A stretch of DNA of 64,000 nt from Aulosira sp. ZfuVER01. Its GTDB lineage: Bacteria; Cyanobacteriota; Cyanobacteriia; Cyanobacteriales; Nostocaceae. Under the pieces are notes generated by a model. That model was not told where the DNA came from, did not search any database, and worked only from the letters and a program-made list of their open reading frames with translations. The number at the start of each line of letters is the position of its first letter. The first letter of the stretch is position 1. Shown piece after piece: positions 22,334 through 32,058 of this stretch. The translations under genes were made by a program, and so were the position numbers. The DNA lies in NCBI GenBank assembly GCA_034530615.2, contig JAVRCV020000052.1:32001-96000 (forward strand), written 5' to 3'.

Positions 22334-23257
22334 TTATTTGGATGTAGATGTTTTGACATCTGCTGGCAAAGCGTAAAAGCCTAAATGATTGCCAACTGGA
22401 CGTTCCCGCATCGGTAGTTTGGTATGAATGGGAGCATTTAATACCTTTGCACCATTAGGCTTTCCCATAACTAATGTAACGGAACCACCACCATCCATAT
22501 TGAGTGCAGTATCAGCGCCTAAATCTATAGCAGTCTTTGCCAACTCAGTCAGAGTCAGTCCTTCACTATAGAAGGGTTGTTTCCCATCTACCACAATCAG
22601 CCAGAGTTTTGTACCTTCTCGGTTGATCGCTGCTGCTAAACGTGGGTAAGGTTTATTTTCGCGAATCTGAGAAATCACAGCCTTACCATTAGCAACTAGA
22701 ATTTCTTGCCCTGCAACACCTTGAACTGTACCCTGAGGACATTTCCCACTGGCTAAGATTTGGGCAAGATTATTTTGAGAAAAGCACACCACAGCCTTAT
22801 TGGATTCTGATTTGGAATAACGAGATCCATTAGAGATTGCTTCTCCTAAAGGATAAGAAGGATCGCCACTATGGGGATAGTAGTCCCAAGGTGTTTTTTC
22901 ATAAAAATGATGGAAGTAGCTAGCATTTACAGCTAATTGCAGCTTATATTTACCAAGAAATTCTGATGTAGTGCGGGCGTTAGTTTTTCTACCTTTACCA
23001 AATGGGAAACCTGGAGTTACTAAAGGTTTTACTCCCGGTGCTGTCAAGTCAACGGTGACAATATGCATCGTCACAGGACGTGGTTGGGAAATAGTACGAC
23101 GTTGATAAAAAATGCCTTTAAATAATACTTGCTGTCGATCCGTTCGGGATGGACGTAATAAGCACAACCATCCGTAGAAGATGGCGGGAGATAACAGCAG
23201 ACTTAAAAAAGCCGCGATCGCAAATCGTCGGATGTAAACTTGGTAGCGATGATGCAT
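22334..23257 (-). CDS. Phosphodiester glycosidase (NAGPA-like) family protein
   Basis: AVNASYF, PRLAAAI, IVVDGKQ, ALNMDGGGS; N-terminal TM. Confidence 0.88.
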   Translation of the reverse strand: MHHRYQVYIRRFAIAAFLSLLLSPAIFYGWLCLLRPSRTDRQQVLFKGIFYQRRTISQPRPVTMHIVTVDLTAPGVKPLVTPGFPFGKGRKTNARTTSEFLGKYKLQLAVNASYFHHFYEKTPWDYYPHSGDPSYPLGEAISNGSRYSKSESNKAVVCFSQNNLAQILASGKCPQGTVQGVAGQEILVANGKAVISQIRENKPYPRLAAAINREGTKLWLIVVDGKQPFYSEGLTLTELAKTAIDLGADTALNMDGGGSVTLVMGKPNGAKVLNAPIHTKLPMRERPVGNHLGFYALPADVKTSTSK

Positions 23258-23400
23258 AACTTTTTGGAGAACAGTTTTTTTAGTGTTCTTGCACCCCTAA
23301 TGCCAAGTAGCCGCCTATGTAATTATGACAAATCCCCAGTGAGGTAGTGATGAGACTCTCGAAGTAGCTATTCCTTATCAATCAAACTTAATTTATGATG

Positions 23401-24720
23401 CTAACTCAGATCTGGAAGACCGAAGTATCTACGTTGCCAAAATTCTGAATTTTTGTAGAGAGCATCTTTCTTCTTCAAAAAGGAGAAGATAATCGTCCGA
23501 AGCGAAGTTGTAGCTTGTTTTGAAGCATCGAGGATAGATATTTTCACGCCATCAATTTTACACTCGTTGCTGACGAAACTGCCATGCGCAATCTTGCTGC
23601 GAAGCCCATAGATATCACGAGCAAACTTGAATGCAGATTGTCGTTGTTCGGGGGGAAATAACATGGCGTAATTTAAGGAAAACCGAAAGCTCAACTCACC
23701 CTGCCGATCAGTAATACTAGACAAGAGTAAGGCTTCCATTCCGATCACTGCATCAACAATGCGGTCATGGGGACGAGTTCGGTGTTCAGCATCCGCTAGC
23801 CGGGAACATGCCATACGCATTGCCTCTTCGTTAATGCTAAATATTAGCTTGGCATGTTCTTCGAGAGAGGCAACTTCTTTGATGTTAATTTGGTACTGGC
23901 CAGGTGGAACATACAAATCCCCATAACCATATGATCCGAATGGGAAGGGGCAAAATTTCACTGGAGAATATTGAATCAAATTGTATCCAACATACCCTTC
24001 CTTAAATGTCCGTAAGCAAAGCATAGCTTTGTCTAGTTTTGCTTTTACATCATCAGTACTAAGTAGTTGATCATTTTCTTCTAAACCTCCTACTAATTTA
24101 GGCACTTCTATGTCTCCCTCAATACAAAACTCATGCATTCCATGAAAGCTGCTTTGCGACAAAGTAGACTGCATTGTTCCACCATATAAATCAGATATTT
24201 CGGATTCATGCAATCGTCGAATTCTTAGCCCTTCTGGTAAACTAATAGAGTTGCTACTTGGTGAGTAAAAGTTTAAGAGTACGGAGCGGAAGAGCAATTT
24301 GACTGTTTGAGAATCAACAAAAGCCTCAAATTCATTGACTAATTCATCAATCAGATTCTCGCCCAAATTAAATGTTTTGTGTGATTTCCATAGGTGCCCA
24401 AGTGAACAGCGGAAGATCCAGGCTCGGTCGTGTCCATAATTAAAGCAACCAAATAGTGGAAAACCAAGCATTCCTCCGTATTCGGGGTGATGCTTGAAAA
24501 ATGATTCTATAAATGTTTCTGCCACAGTGTTGATCGTCGTGTTAGCCCTTATGAAGACTTCCCCAAGATCTGGTAGCCACTGCCATTCACCATTCCACTG
24601 TCTCTCACCAGTCTTTTTCCATACCAAGTGTTGTGATAGGCATTGGCTTGACAGTGACTGAAGTGTAGGAAGACATTCCTGAATCGCTTTCTTCAAAAGT
24701 GTTTTAGATTTTGCGTGCAT
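23401..24720 (-). CDS. HEPN domain protein, ApeA-like (putative anti-phage RNase)
   Basis: C-terminal DAVIGMEALL...FRFSL...IYGLRSKIAHG with intact RxxxxH; no HIP1 seen. Confidence 0.75.
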   Translation of the reverse strand: MHAKSKTLLKKAIQECLPTLQSLSSQCLSQHLVWKKTGERQWNGEWQWLPDLGEVFIRANTTINTVAETFIESFFKHHPEYGGMLGFPLFGCFNYGHDRAWIFRCSLGHLWKSHKTFNLGENLIDELVNEFEAFVDSQTVKLLFRSVLLNFYSPSSNSISLPEGLRIRRLHESEISDLYGGTMQSTLSQSSFHGMHEFCIEGDIEVPKLVGGLEENDQLLSTDDVKAKLDKAMLCLRTFKEGYVGYNLIQYSPVKFCPFPFGSYGYGDLYVPPGQYQINIKEVASLEEHAKLIFSINEEAMRMACSRLADAEHRTRPHDRIVDAVIGMEALLLSSITDRQGELSFRFSLNYAMLFPPEQRQSAFKFARDIYGLRSKIAHGSFVSNECKIDGVKISILDASKQATTSLRTIIFSFLKKKDALYKNSEFWQRRYFGLPDLS

Positions 24721-24766
24721 GAGTTCTTATGAGCTTTAATACAAATTTTCAATACTTTTCGTTTAA

Positions 24767-24979
24767 TTCTCAGTCAGTTACTGCTACCTAACTGTCTATG
24801 ATGCAGATACTACCGCCGATTCTGTACAAAAACGAATACTGCCGACAGATGGAATAGAGAACGGGCAGGGACGGAAGCCAAAATGGAAATCAAACACTGA
24901 ATCAGTAGGACTTCCCAACAAGTACATTTCACGGCTCACTCAAATTGCTAGAGAGTGGGAAGCTGAAAAGAATATCTAA
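24767..24979 (+). pseudogene. Start-less ORF remnant, possibly a small DNA-binding protein
   Basis: Open frame ...DSVQKRILPTDGIENGQGRKPKWKSNTESVGLPNKYISRLTQIAREWEAEKNI* with no in-frame ATG after TAA 24764. Confidence 0.35.
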
Positions 24980-25179
24980 AGTGAATAAATTAATTTAATA
25001 AACTCTGTGATTTCATTTCAAGGAGGACAACTACGCTTAGGAAGATTTTTCTAGAAATTCCTACCTACGGCACTATCTAGATTTGTTAGTGTAGGGATAA
25101 TAAAAATAGTGCTGACGTAGCTGGGCAACTTCTACCGAGCAATAAATAGTGATAAAAATTAATACTCACAGTAAGAATT

Positions 25180-25683
25180 ATGACAGCATTTGAACCTAAA
25201 AGCATTCGTTCTTATACTCAAGAAGATGTACAGCAAATTCTCCAGTTGGCGATCGCTACTCAGGCTGACAACACAGATAGAGAATTTTCTTACGATGAGT
25301 TGTTGGAAATCGCTGCTGAGTTAGATATTGCTCCAGATTCCTTGAAATTAGCGGAACGCGACTGGCTGATGCAACAGAGTGAACTGCAACAGCGGCAAGT
25401 TTTTAATCTCTACCGTCAAGGAAGATTTAAAAAGCGTTTGGGTAATTATGCGATCGCTAATGCTTTTTTTATCTTACTGGATTTGATTAGTGGTGGCGGT
25501 CTGACTTGGTCGTTATATATTGTGCTATTTTGCGGTTCTCTAGTAGGGCTGGATATTTGGAATACCTTCCTCATGAAAGGTGAAGAGTACGAAAGGGCGT
25601 TCCAGCGGTGGAATCGCAAACATCAGATTAAACAAACTATCAATTCAGTATTGAATAGGTGGTTTAGAGCGTTGCAGGCTTAA
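25180..25683 (+). CDS. 2TM domain-containing protein
   Basis: YTQEDVQQILQLAI..EIAAEL N-terminus followed by two TM helices. Confidence 0.8.
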   Translation: MTAFEPKSIRSYTQEDVQQILQLAIATQADNTDREFSYDELLEIAAELDIAPDSLKLAERDWLMQQSELQQRQVFNLYRQGRFKKRLGNYAIANAFFILLDLISGGGLTWSLYIVLFCGSLVGLDIWNTFLMKGEEYERAFQRWNRKHQIKQTINSVLNRWFRALQA

Positions 25684-25729
25684 GCTCGACTTTATCCATT
25701 TCAGTCTTGAATTTAAGAGCATCTAGTTT

Positions 25730-26038
25730 CTAAGCATGGGGAAAATTCCGCACTTGATACTCTGCTGACTCCACCAATTTATAAGTATCTCCCAAAGCTG
25801 CGGCAAACTGTTGTTCAACAGCCTCTAATTCTGCTTGCGGTATGGCGTGCCACTGCTCTCGTGTTGCCCAACGAATGACAAATATAATTTCTGTAGGATC
25901 GTGGGGATTGATCCAAACTTCTTTACCCAGAAACCCAGGATACTTAGCAAGGGCGGTTGTCCAAATTTCCGCATCCTTCTGGATATAAATTTCCCCCATC
26001 TCGGAAGCAATTTTAAACTTTAGCAGTTCGATAACCAC
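25730..26038 (-). CDS. ABM-like protein (TIGR03792 family)
   Basis: MVIELLKF...DAEIWT..L...PGFLGKEVW...IRWATREQW. Confidence 0.85.
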   Translation of the reverse strand: MVIELLKFKIASEMGEIYIQKDAEIWTTALAKYPGFLGKEVWINPHDPTEIIFVIRWATREQWHAIPQAELEAVEQQFAAALGDTYKLVESAEYQVRNFPHA

Positions 26039-26174
26039 ACCTTGCCATTCCTTGTATTTGCCAATTTGCCAAAATAGAGTTGTAGGCTAGAATAACTACG
26101 CTTTTAGCATAGCTTGATTGCATACACTCAAGAGCAAGGGTTGGCTGGTTTGAAATAAGTAAGAGGAAGGCAGT

Positions 26175-26498
26175 ATGGATAATAACAATTGGATGCAGCA
26201 ATTATTGATGCTTGGTATTGGTACAACGTCTTTGGTAGCAGACAAACTACGCCAAGTCAGCGATGAATTGGTCAAGGATGGCAAGCTGAATCCTGAGCAA
26301 GCAAAAGCTGTGATGGATGATATTGTACAGCAGTTGCGATCGGAGCAGGGAACTTGGGAAGCTCAAATGCAACGGCAAATGCGCAATATGATGCAGGATT
26401 TGGGGGTAGCGCGTCAGTCAGAGGTAGACGAACTGCGGGGTAGAATTGACCGTTTAGAGCGTCAAGTGCGGGATTTAGAAAATAAGCTTTGGCGTTAG
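26175..26498 (+). CDS. Phasin-like family protein
   Basis: GIGTTSLVADKL..DELVKDGKL...LGVARQSEVDELRGRIDRLE; GAGG RBS. Confidence 0.85.
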   Translation: MDNNNWMQQLLMLGIGTTSLVADKLRQVSDELVKDGKLNPEQAKAVMDDIVQQLRSEQGTWEAQMQRQMRNMMQDLGVARQSEVDELRGRIDRLERQVRDLENKLWR

Positions 26499-26576
26499 AA
26501 CATCCTTTGTGATTTAAACTAATTTGTGTCCTGTTGGTGATACTGTTCCAAACTACCTAAGTAGGGAGGGTTAATT

Positions 26577-27098
26577 TTGAAAGCAATTTTACTCAGCGTT
26601 GGGTTAATGCTGGTATGTGTTGTGGTTTTGGTATTAGCGCAAGTTGGTAGTAAGCAGGACTCTGCCATTGCTGCTAATTTCACCCAACCTATCTCAGCAC
26701 CCACTACTGTTACTGAAAACAATACTTTGATTGCGAGCAATACTATGTCTGATGCTAATGCCGTAACTACCCCCTCTGGATTGAAATACATTGAATTACA
26801 AGAGGGGACTGGGGCGACTCCTCAAACTGGACAAAAGGTTGTAGTTCACTACACTGGCACTCTAGAAGATGGTACAAAGTTTGATAGTTCACGCGATCGC
26901 AACCGTCCTTTCGACTTTACACTTGGTGTTGGACAAGTGATCAAAGGTTGGGACGAAGGACTTAGCACAATGAAAGTTGGCGGTCGTCGTCAGTTAATTA
27001 TCCCCCCAGAATTGGGTTATGGTGCTCGTGGTGCTGGTGGTGTGATTCCACCAAATGCTACTTTAATTTTTGATGTGGAATTGCTAGATATTAAATAG
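26577..27098 (+). CDS. FKBP-type peptidyl-prolyl cis-trans isomerase
   Basis: [48 protein letters not shown] start after GGGAGGG. Confidence 0.95.
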   Translation: MKAILLSVGLMLVCVVVLVLAQVGSKQDSAIAANFTQPISAPTTVTENNTLIASNTMSDANAVTTPSGLKYIELQEGTGATPQTGQKVVVHYTGTLEDGTKFDSSRDRNRPFDFTLGVGQVIKGWDEGLSTMKVGGRRQLIIPPELGYGARGAGGVIPPNATLIFDVELLDIK

Positions 27099-27109
27099 CA
27101 ATCACTATT

Positions 27110-27262
27110 AGTCAGTTATCAGTGAACAGTTATCAGTTATCAGCTTAAAAAACATTCTCAAAGCTAATAAATTTCTTGCTGGAGAAACAAAATTTTTTGA
27201 GTGTTTAAATCACCGAAATTTAGTTATGATTTTAACTGTTAATTGCTAACTGATAACTGACA
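27110..27262. repeat. Inverted heptamer arrays (CAGTTAT)n / (TAACTGA)n between convergent genes
   Basis: cagttatcagtgaacagttatcagttatcag at the left and taactgtt...taactgataactgac at the right. Confidence 0.7.
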
Positions 27263-27271
27263 ATTGTATTA

Positions 27272-28627
27272 TCAATAATTATTAGGCCGAGCTAAATTCT
27301 TAAACTTCGTAAACTGCGGATCGAATAAAAGTTTAACTGTACCTGTCGGGCCGTTGCGGTGTTTAGCTACTATTACTTCTGCAATACCGCGATCGGGGCT
27401 GTCATTATTGTAGTAGTCATCCCGGTACAACATTATTACTAAATCCGCATCTTGTTCAATCGAACCCGACTCACGTAAATCTGACAACATTGGGCGTTTA
27501 TTAGTACGTGCTTCTACGCCTCGGCTTAACTGAGATAAAGCGATAATTGGAACTGATAATTCCCGTGCTAAACCTTTTAAAGAACGAGTAATTTTAGATA
27601 ATTCTTGTACGCGGTTATCACCTGCGCCTTCCATTAATTGCAGGTAATCTATAACAATTAATCCCAATTCCATCCCTTGTTCTGCTTGTAGTCGCCGTGC
27701 CTGACTACGCATTTGGGTGACGGTGATATTCGGCGTGTCATCAATAAAAATTGGCATCTCGGAAAGCATACTAATAGCACGGCTTAAAGGTTCCCACTGT
27801 GCTTGACTGAGCCTTCCACTCCGCAGATAACCACTTTCAATTCCGGCTTCGCTAGCTAATAGACGTTGCACTAACTGTTCTTTAGACATTTCTAAACTGA
27901 AAACAGCAACAGGAAATCTATGAGAAGCAGCAATATTATAAGCGAGGTTCAAGCAAAATGCTGTCTTTCCCATTGCCGGTCTCGCAGCGACAATAATTAA
28001 ATCAGAACGCTGGAAGCCACTAGTCATGGCATCTAAATCGTAAAAACTACAAGTAATTCCAGGTAAGGCAATGCCTTGATTTCGCTCTTCAATATCCTGA
28101 AAATTACTAATTAATGTATCTGCAATATGAACTAGCCCTGTTTGAGGACGTTCTTGAGTTATACCAAAAACTTTTTGTTCTGCCTGATCTAAAACAATCG
28201 GTAATTCTTTCTCAGTTTCATATCCAAGATGCACAATTTCATTGCCAGCTTTAATTAACTGTCGCCGCAGGAATTTATCCATCACTAACTCGGCTAAGGA
28301 GTCGATGTTAACTGCTGACACTGTGCGATCTACAAGTGTGGCTAATTTATTTCTCCCACCTATGCGGGTAAGCATCTCGTTATCAGTCAGCCAACTAGTA
28401 ACTGAGAGCAAGTCTGTAGGTTTACCTTGGGCGTGGAGTCGTAGCGCTGCTTGATAAATATCTTTGTGGGCGCTAATGTAAAAAGCTTCGCCAACTAAGC
28501 GATCGCTAACTCGACCAATCGCTTCTGGATCTAGCAAAATTCCCCCCAAAATCGCTTCTTCTGCTTCAATATTTTGGGGTGGGAGGCGGTCACTACCATC
28601 GCCTTTAAAACTTAGTTCTTCAGCCAT
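27272..28627 (-). CDS. dnaB: Replicative DNA helicase (intein-free)
   Basis: PPQNIEAE, ARPAMGKT, IDYLQL, SQLSR, LRESGSIEQDAD, KHRNGPTG. Confidence 0.98.
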   Translation of the reverse strand: MAEELSFKGDGSDRLPPQNIEAEEAILGGILLDPEAIGRVSDRLVGEAFYISAHKDIYQAALRLHAQGKPTDLLSVTSWLTDNEMLTRIGGRNKLATLVDRTVSAVNIDSLAELVMDKFLRRQLIKAGNEIVHLGYETEKELPIVLDQAEQKVFGITQERPQTGLVHIADTLISNFQDIEERNQGIALPGITCSFYDLDAMTSGFQRSDLIIVAARPAMGKTAFCLNLAYNIAASHRFPVAVFSLEMSKEQLVQRLLASEAGIESGYLRSGRLSQAQWEPLSRAISMLSEMPIFIDDTPNITVTQMRSQARRLQAEQGMELGLIVIDYLQLMEGAGDNRVQELSKITRSLKGLARELSVPIIALSQLSRGVEARTNKRPMLSDLRESGSIEQDADLVIMLYRDDYYNNDSPDRGIAEVIVAKHRNGPTGTVKLLFDPQFTKFKNLARPNNY

Positions 28628-28697
28628 AAGCGATTTAAAATGGGCGATCGAGGGTTTAACTCTAACTATCGCTCAGAAGATAAAAAATCAGATAGAT

Positions 28698-28752
28698 AAC
28701 CACAGATAAACACAGATTAACACCGATGAAGAATCTGTGGGCATCTGTGGTC
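28698..28752. repeat. Decamer repeats (CACAGATAAA-like) with inverted ATCTGTGG copies
   Basis: cacagataaa cacagattaa caccgatgaa then atctgtgg x2; can fold as a hairpin between rplI and dnaB. Confidence 0.7.
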
Positions 28753-28768
28753 AAAAGTCAATCAGTCT

Positions 28769-29227
28769 TTAGCTAGCAACTACTTCAATATCGAGTTGTG
28801 CTGTTACTTCCGAATGTAGCTTAATGTCAGCTTTGTAAGTGCCAAGGTGGTTGATATCGGGGAGGGTGATACCGCGACGATCAACTTCTTGACCTGTAGC
28901 TGCTTTAATTGCATCTGCAACGTCTTGGGCGGTAACAGTACCGAAAATCGCTTCGTTTTCACCAACCTGTTTGGCAATTTGCAAGCTACTAACTTTTTCA
29001 AGAGCTGCTTTTTGTTCTAAAGCTTGTTGTCTGAGTTCTAACTGCCGTTGACGTTCTTGCTCGCGACGGCGTTCTACTTGCCTGAGAATACCAGGAGTAG
29101 CATGAGTTGCCATTTTTTGGGGAATCAGATAATTACGAGCATAGCCTGGAGCTACATCCACTAAGTCGCCTAATTTTCCCAGCTTATTAACATCCTGAGT
29201 TAAAACTAACTGTACGCGTTTCGCCAT
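28769..29227 (-). CDS. rplI: 50S ribosomal protein L9
   Basis: [30 protein letters not shown]. Confidence 0.98.
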   Translation of the reverse strand: MAKRVQLVLTQDVNKLGKLGDLVDVAPGYARNYLIPQKMATHATPGILRQVERRREQERQRQLELRQQALEQKAALEKVSSLQIAKQVGENEAIFGTVTAQDVADAIKAATGQEVDRRGITLPDINHLGTYKADIKLHSEVTAQLDIEVVAS

Positions 29228-29394
29228 TGTTTTTCGTTTTCCTGTAGAATCTCATTAACTTGGGTTGCAGCCGGATAGCTCACATGATGTGTAGCTGTAT
29301 CCCAAGTGGCTTGGCTTATACCCCAAAGCTTAAAGATCCTAGCGAATTGCAGGGGGCGATCGCAACTATTATTCTGCAAAAATATTATGTTGGC

Positions 29395-30474
29395 TTATAA
29401 TACTGCGATCGCTCTTTCTACCAAATCCAGTCCTTGAGAGACTACTGCATTCCGCCAACCCTTATCTGCTGGGACAAAAACTTCCATTAATCGCTGACAT
29501 ATCCAATCTTTAGATGGGTGATTTAGTGGTAAAAAGAAGTGAGCACGGTTTTCTGCGCGTAACGCCTCAACTACTTGAATCACTGGATAAGTGCCAAATT
29601 CTGCCGTGAGAAACTTGTAATTGCATTGGGGAAATTTGGCTTTACACCAAGTTCCTAATCCCCCACGAAATATGTAAGTCACCTTCCTTGCTTTATAAGC
29701 TTCCACAACATCGGCTCCAAATTTCTCAGTTAGCCACTGGGTTGATTGAGAGTCTGGGGGATCATCAATGAAGAGTTTATAGGTTGCCTTTTTACCCAGT
29801 CCTGTATGTAAGTCAATATGTATTACGTCTGTAGCCTTTCCAATCCAGCGAGAAAGATTTGCATCGAGAATTTGATAAGTCTTTGCAGGCCTATTTCCAC
29901 CAAAAAATAAGCCTTGAGGAAAGTCATATTGCCCTACTGGTAAGGTACTTGTTAAAGAATTAATACCATAGCGGAGAATAGAGGCGATCGCTTTCACAAA
30001 AAATGGCTCAAACCGAGATGGAGGTGAAGTTGGGTTGAAGAAAGCATTTAAATCGCTATACTTTGCCGGACTACCCGTGTACTCTTCGCCTGGTAGCAGG
30101 AAATTACGGTTGAGATCGATATTTTCCTCATTCCACCGCCTACACCAAGCAAAGCCGTAAGGATTCAAGGCGTGTAACAATACTAAAGCTATCCCCTGAC
30201 TGTGGTTCCAATTAACAAAACGCTCCTCTAGCAAAGCACACTGCACAGCAGAACCAAAAAATCCCTCCACCCCATGCAATCCACTGGAGACAACCACAAT
30301 TTTTTGGGAGTTTGGGTTTCCCAAGATAGCCACATCAATAGTTAAATCCTCCCCATCTGGCCCAGTTTGATCGATGGAGTATGCTTCTAAGCGACACCCC
30401 AAAGCCAACGCCGAGATGCGGAACCGATTCCTTGCTGTGGTGTAGTCAGGACAGAAACTAGAGTCATAGGACAT
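29395..30474 (-). CDS. M14-like zinc carboxypeptidase (DUF2817 family)
   Basis: SGLHGVEG, HALNPYG, NEENIDLNRNF, IDLHTGLG, AEFGT. Confidence 0.88.
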   Translation of the reverse strand: MSYDSSFCPDYTTARNRFRISALALGCRLEAYSIDQTGPDGEDLTIDVAILGNPNSQKIVVVSSGLHGVEGFFGSAVQCALLEERFVNWNHSQGIALVLLHALNPYGFAWCRRWNEENIDLNRNFLLPGEEYTGSPAKYSDLNAFFNPTSPPSRFEPFFVKAIASILRYGINSLTSTLPVGQYDFPQGLFFGGNRPAKTYQILDANLSRWIGKATDVIHIDLHTGLGKKATYKLFIDDPPDSQSTQWLTEKFGADVVEAYKARKVTYIFRGGLGTWCKAKFPQCNYKFLTAEFGTYPVIQVVEALRAENRAHFFLPLNHPSKDWICQRLMEVFVPADKGWRNAVVSQGLDLVERAIAVL

Positions 30475-30496
30475 ATCAACAATTCATGACAAATGA

Positions 30497-31270
30497 CTAA
30501 AATCTATCCTTCATTCCCCTGATCCGTGCAAAAGTATGCACCGGATCGTTACTCTTAGCAGCAGATTGTAGTGTTGGCTGCTCCCAGCGTAAAAAAGGAT
30601 TGGTACGTTTCTCCACTCCTAACAGCGACGGAATGGTAGCTTCCCCTCGGCTACGGTACGCCTTAACTTCATCGAAGCGTTTTTGTAAATCAGCGTTTTC
30701 ACCATCCACAGTCAGGGCAAATTGCAAATTTTTTAAAGTGTATTCATGGGCGCACCAGATGCGCGTATTATCGGGTAAAGAACGGAGTTTATTTAAAGAG
30801 TTGACCATTTGTGTGGGTGTCCCTTCAAATAAACGGCCGCAACCCCCAGAAAATAGGGTATCACCACAGAATAATTCGCCTGCTTCGTCGGCTATTGCTG
30901 GAGGAAAGTAGTACGCAATGTGAGCGCGGGTATGTCCGGGAACAAAGATAACTTCCGCTACTCGGTCGCCAAACTTAACCTGGGAGCCGTCTTCTAGAAA
31001 TACCTGCTGTCCGGGAATTCTCCCTCGATCCTCAACTCCGCCATACACTGTCACCCCAGGAAATTGTTGCATTAGCTGCTGATTACCACCCACATGATCG
31101 TGATGATGGTGCGTATTAAAAATCGCTACCAACTCAGCGTTCAGTTCTGTCAGTTGCTGTAATACTGGTTCTGCCTCTGCCGGATCGACCACCGCCGCAA
31201 TATTCTGTGTGCGCTCATGTAGCAAGAATATATAGTTATCCGAAAGTGCCTCAAGACGAATGACCTGCAT
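30497..31270 (-). CDS. gloB: Hydroxyacylglutathione hydrolase (glyoxalase II)
   Basis: [40 protein letters not shown]. Confidence 0.96.
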   Translation of the reverse strand: MQVIRLEALSDNYIFLLHERTQNIAAVVDPAEAEPVLQQLTELNAELVAIFNTHHHHDHVGGNQQLMQQFPGVTVYGGVEDRGRIPGQQVFLEDGSQVKFGDRVAEVIFVPGHTRAHIAYYFPPAIADEAGELFCGDTLFSGGCGRLFEGTPTQMVNSLNKLRSLPDNTRIWCAHEYTLKNLQFALTVDGENADLQKRFDEVKAYRSRGEATIPSLLGVEKRTNPFLRWEQPTLQSAAKSNDPVHTFARIRGMKDRF

Positions 31271-31678
31271 AACTTCCTCTTAGCAGTAATGGTTGGTATT
31301 AATTAACATCATTAACCACAGTGAACAACAGGATTATCTGTACTAGCTATACAAAGTGTTTATATGTTGTTTATTGTAGCTGGAAAACACATAAAAACAT
31401 AATTTATACAACCGTATTTACCCGGAAATAGCGCTAAAAAGTAGGAATAAGCAACTTGATTAATCAGTACAATTTCTCTGGAAAGAAGTGTAAATGCGAA
31501 GTTAGATTGATTTTATTCTTTTTGTTGTTAAAACATCAAGAAATTTCGTCATCAGGAATTTGCATTATTTGCTCTGGTTAGTAAAAATTTAATAAACTTT
31601 AAATTTTTATTTAGCTCCTTTTTACATATTAAAGGTTGAGCAAATAATGTCATGTTTGATTGCATCTGTAGGAGATTT

Positions 31679-31906
31679 ATGAATTATCAAACATTGATGT
31701 ACAAAACCGTCAATAGCCAATCGGAAATAGGAGCTAAGGAAATTGTAGATCGAATTCTCGCATCAGGGATGATGAGTCGTCAAGATCATTCTTTACTTAC
31801 CTCGACTGTCTTGGCTAATGGCGATATTAATGATGGAGATCGTCGCCAAATTAACCGCATATTTGACCATGTACAAACAGGACAGCTTAAATTAATGGAC
31901 TGGTAG
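31679..31906 (+). CDS. Small hypothetical protein
   Basis: AGGAG RBS before ATG 31679; IVDRILASG..SRQDH..L...INRIFDHVQTGQLKL; start uncertain. Confidence 0.7.
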   Translation: MNYQTLMYKTVNSQSEIGAKEIVDRILASGMMSRQDHSLLTSTVLANGDINDGDRRQINRIFDHVQTGQLKLMDW

Positions 31907-31991
31907 CACATGGTGATAGCAATATCCAATCTTTGTATACAGATACTACTGCAAACCAAGCAATAGTATTAACTAAAACAATCTAATTTAC

Positions 31992-32029
31992 AAATTATGC
32001 TTGTTGAATATATTCAACAAGCATAATTT
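31992..32029. repeat. Perfect 38-bp palindrome
   Basis: AAATTATGCTTGTTGAATA followed directly by its reverse complement TATTCAACAAGCATAATTT. Confidence 0.9.
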
Positions 32030-32058
32030 ATCAAATAATTTATTTCAAAGAAAAAATT

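Noticed and set aside
31340..31352. GTA-N7-TAC upstream of gloB as an NtcA site
   Set aside because: The spacer is 7 nt; the NtcA consensus is GTA-N8-TAC
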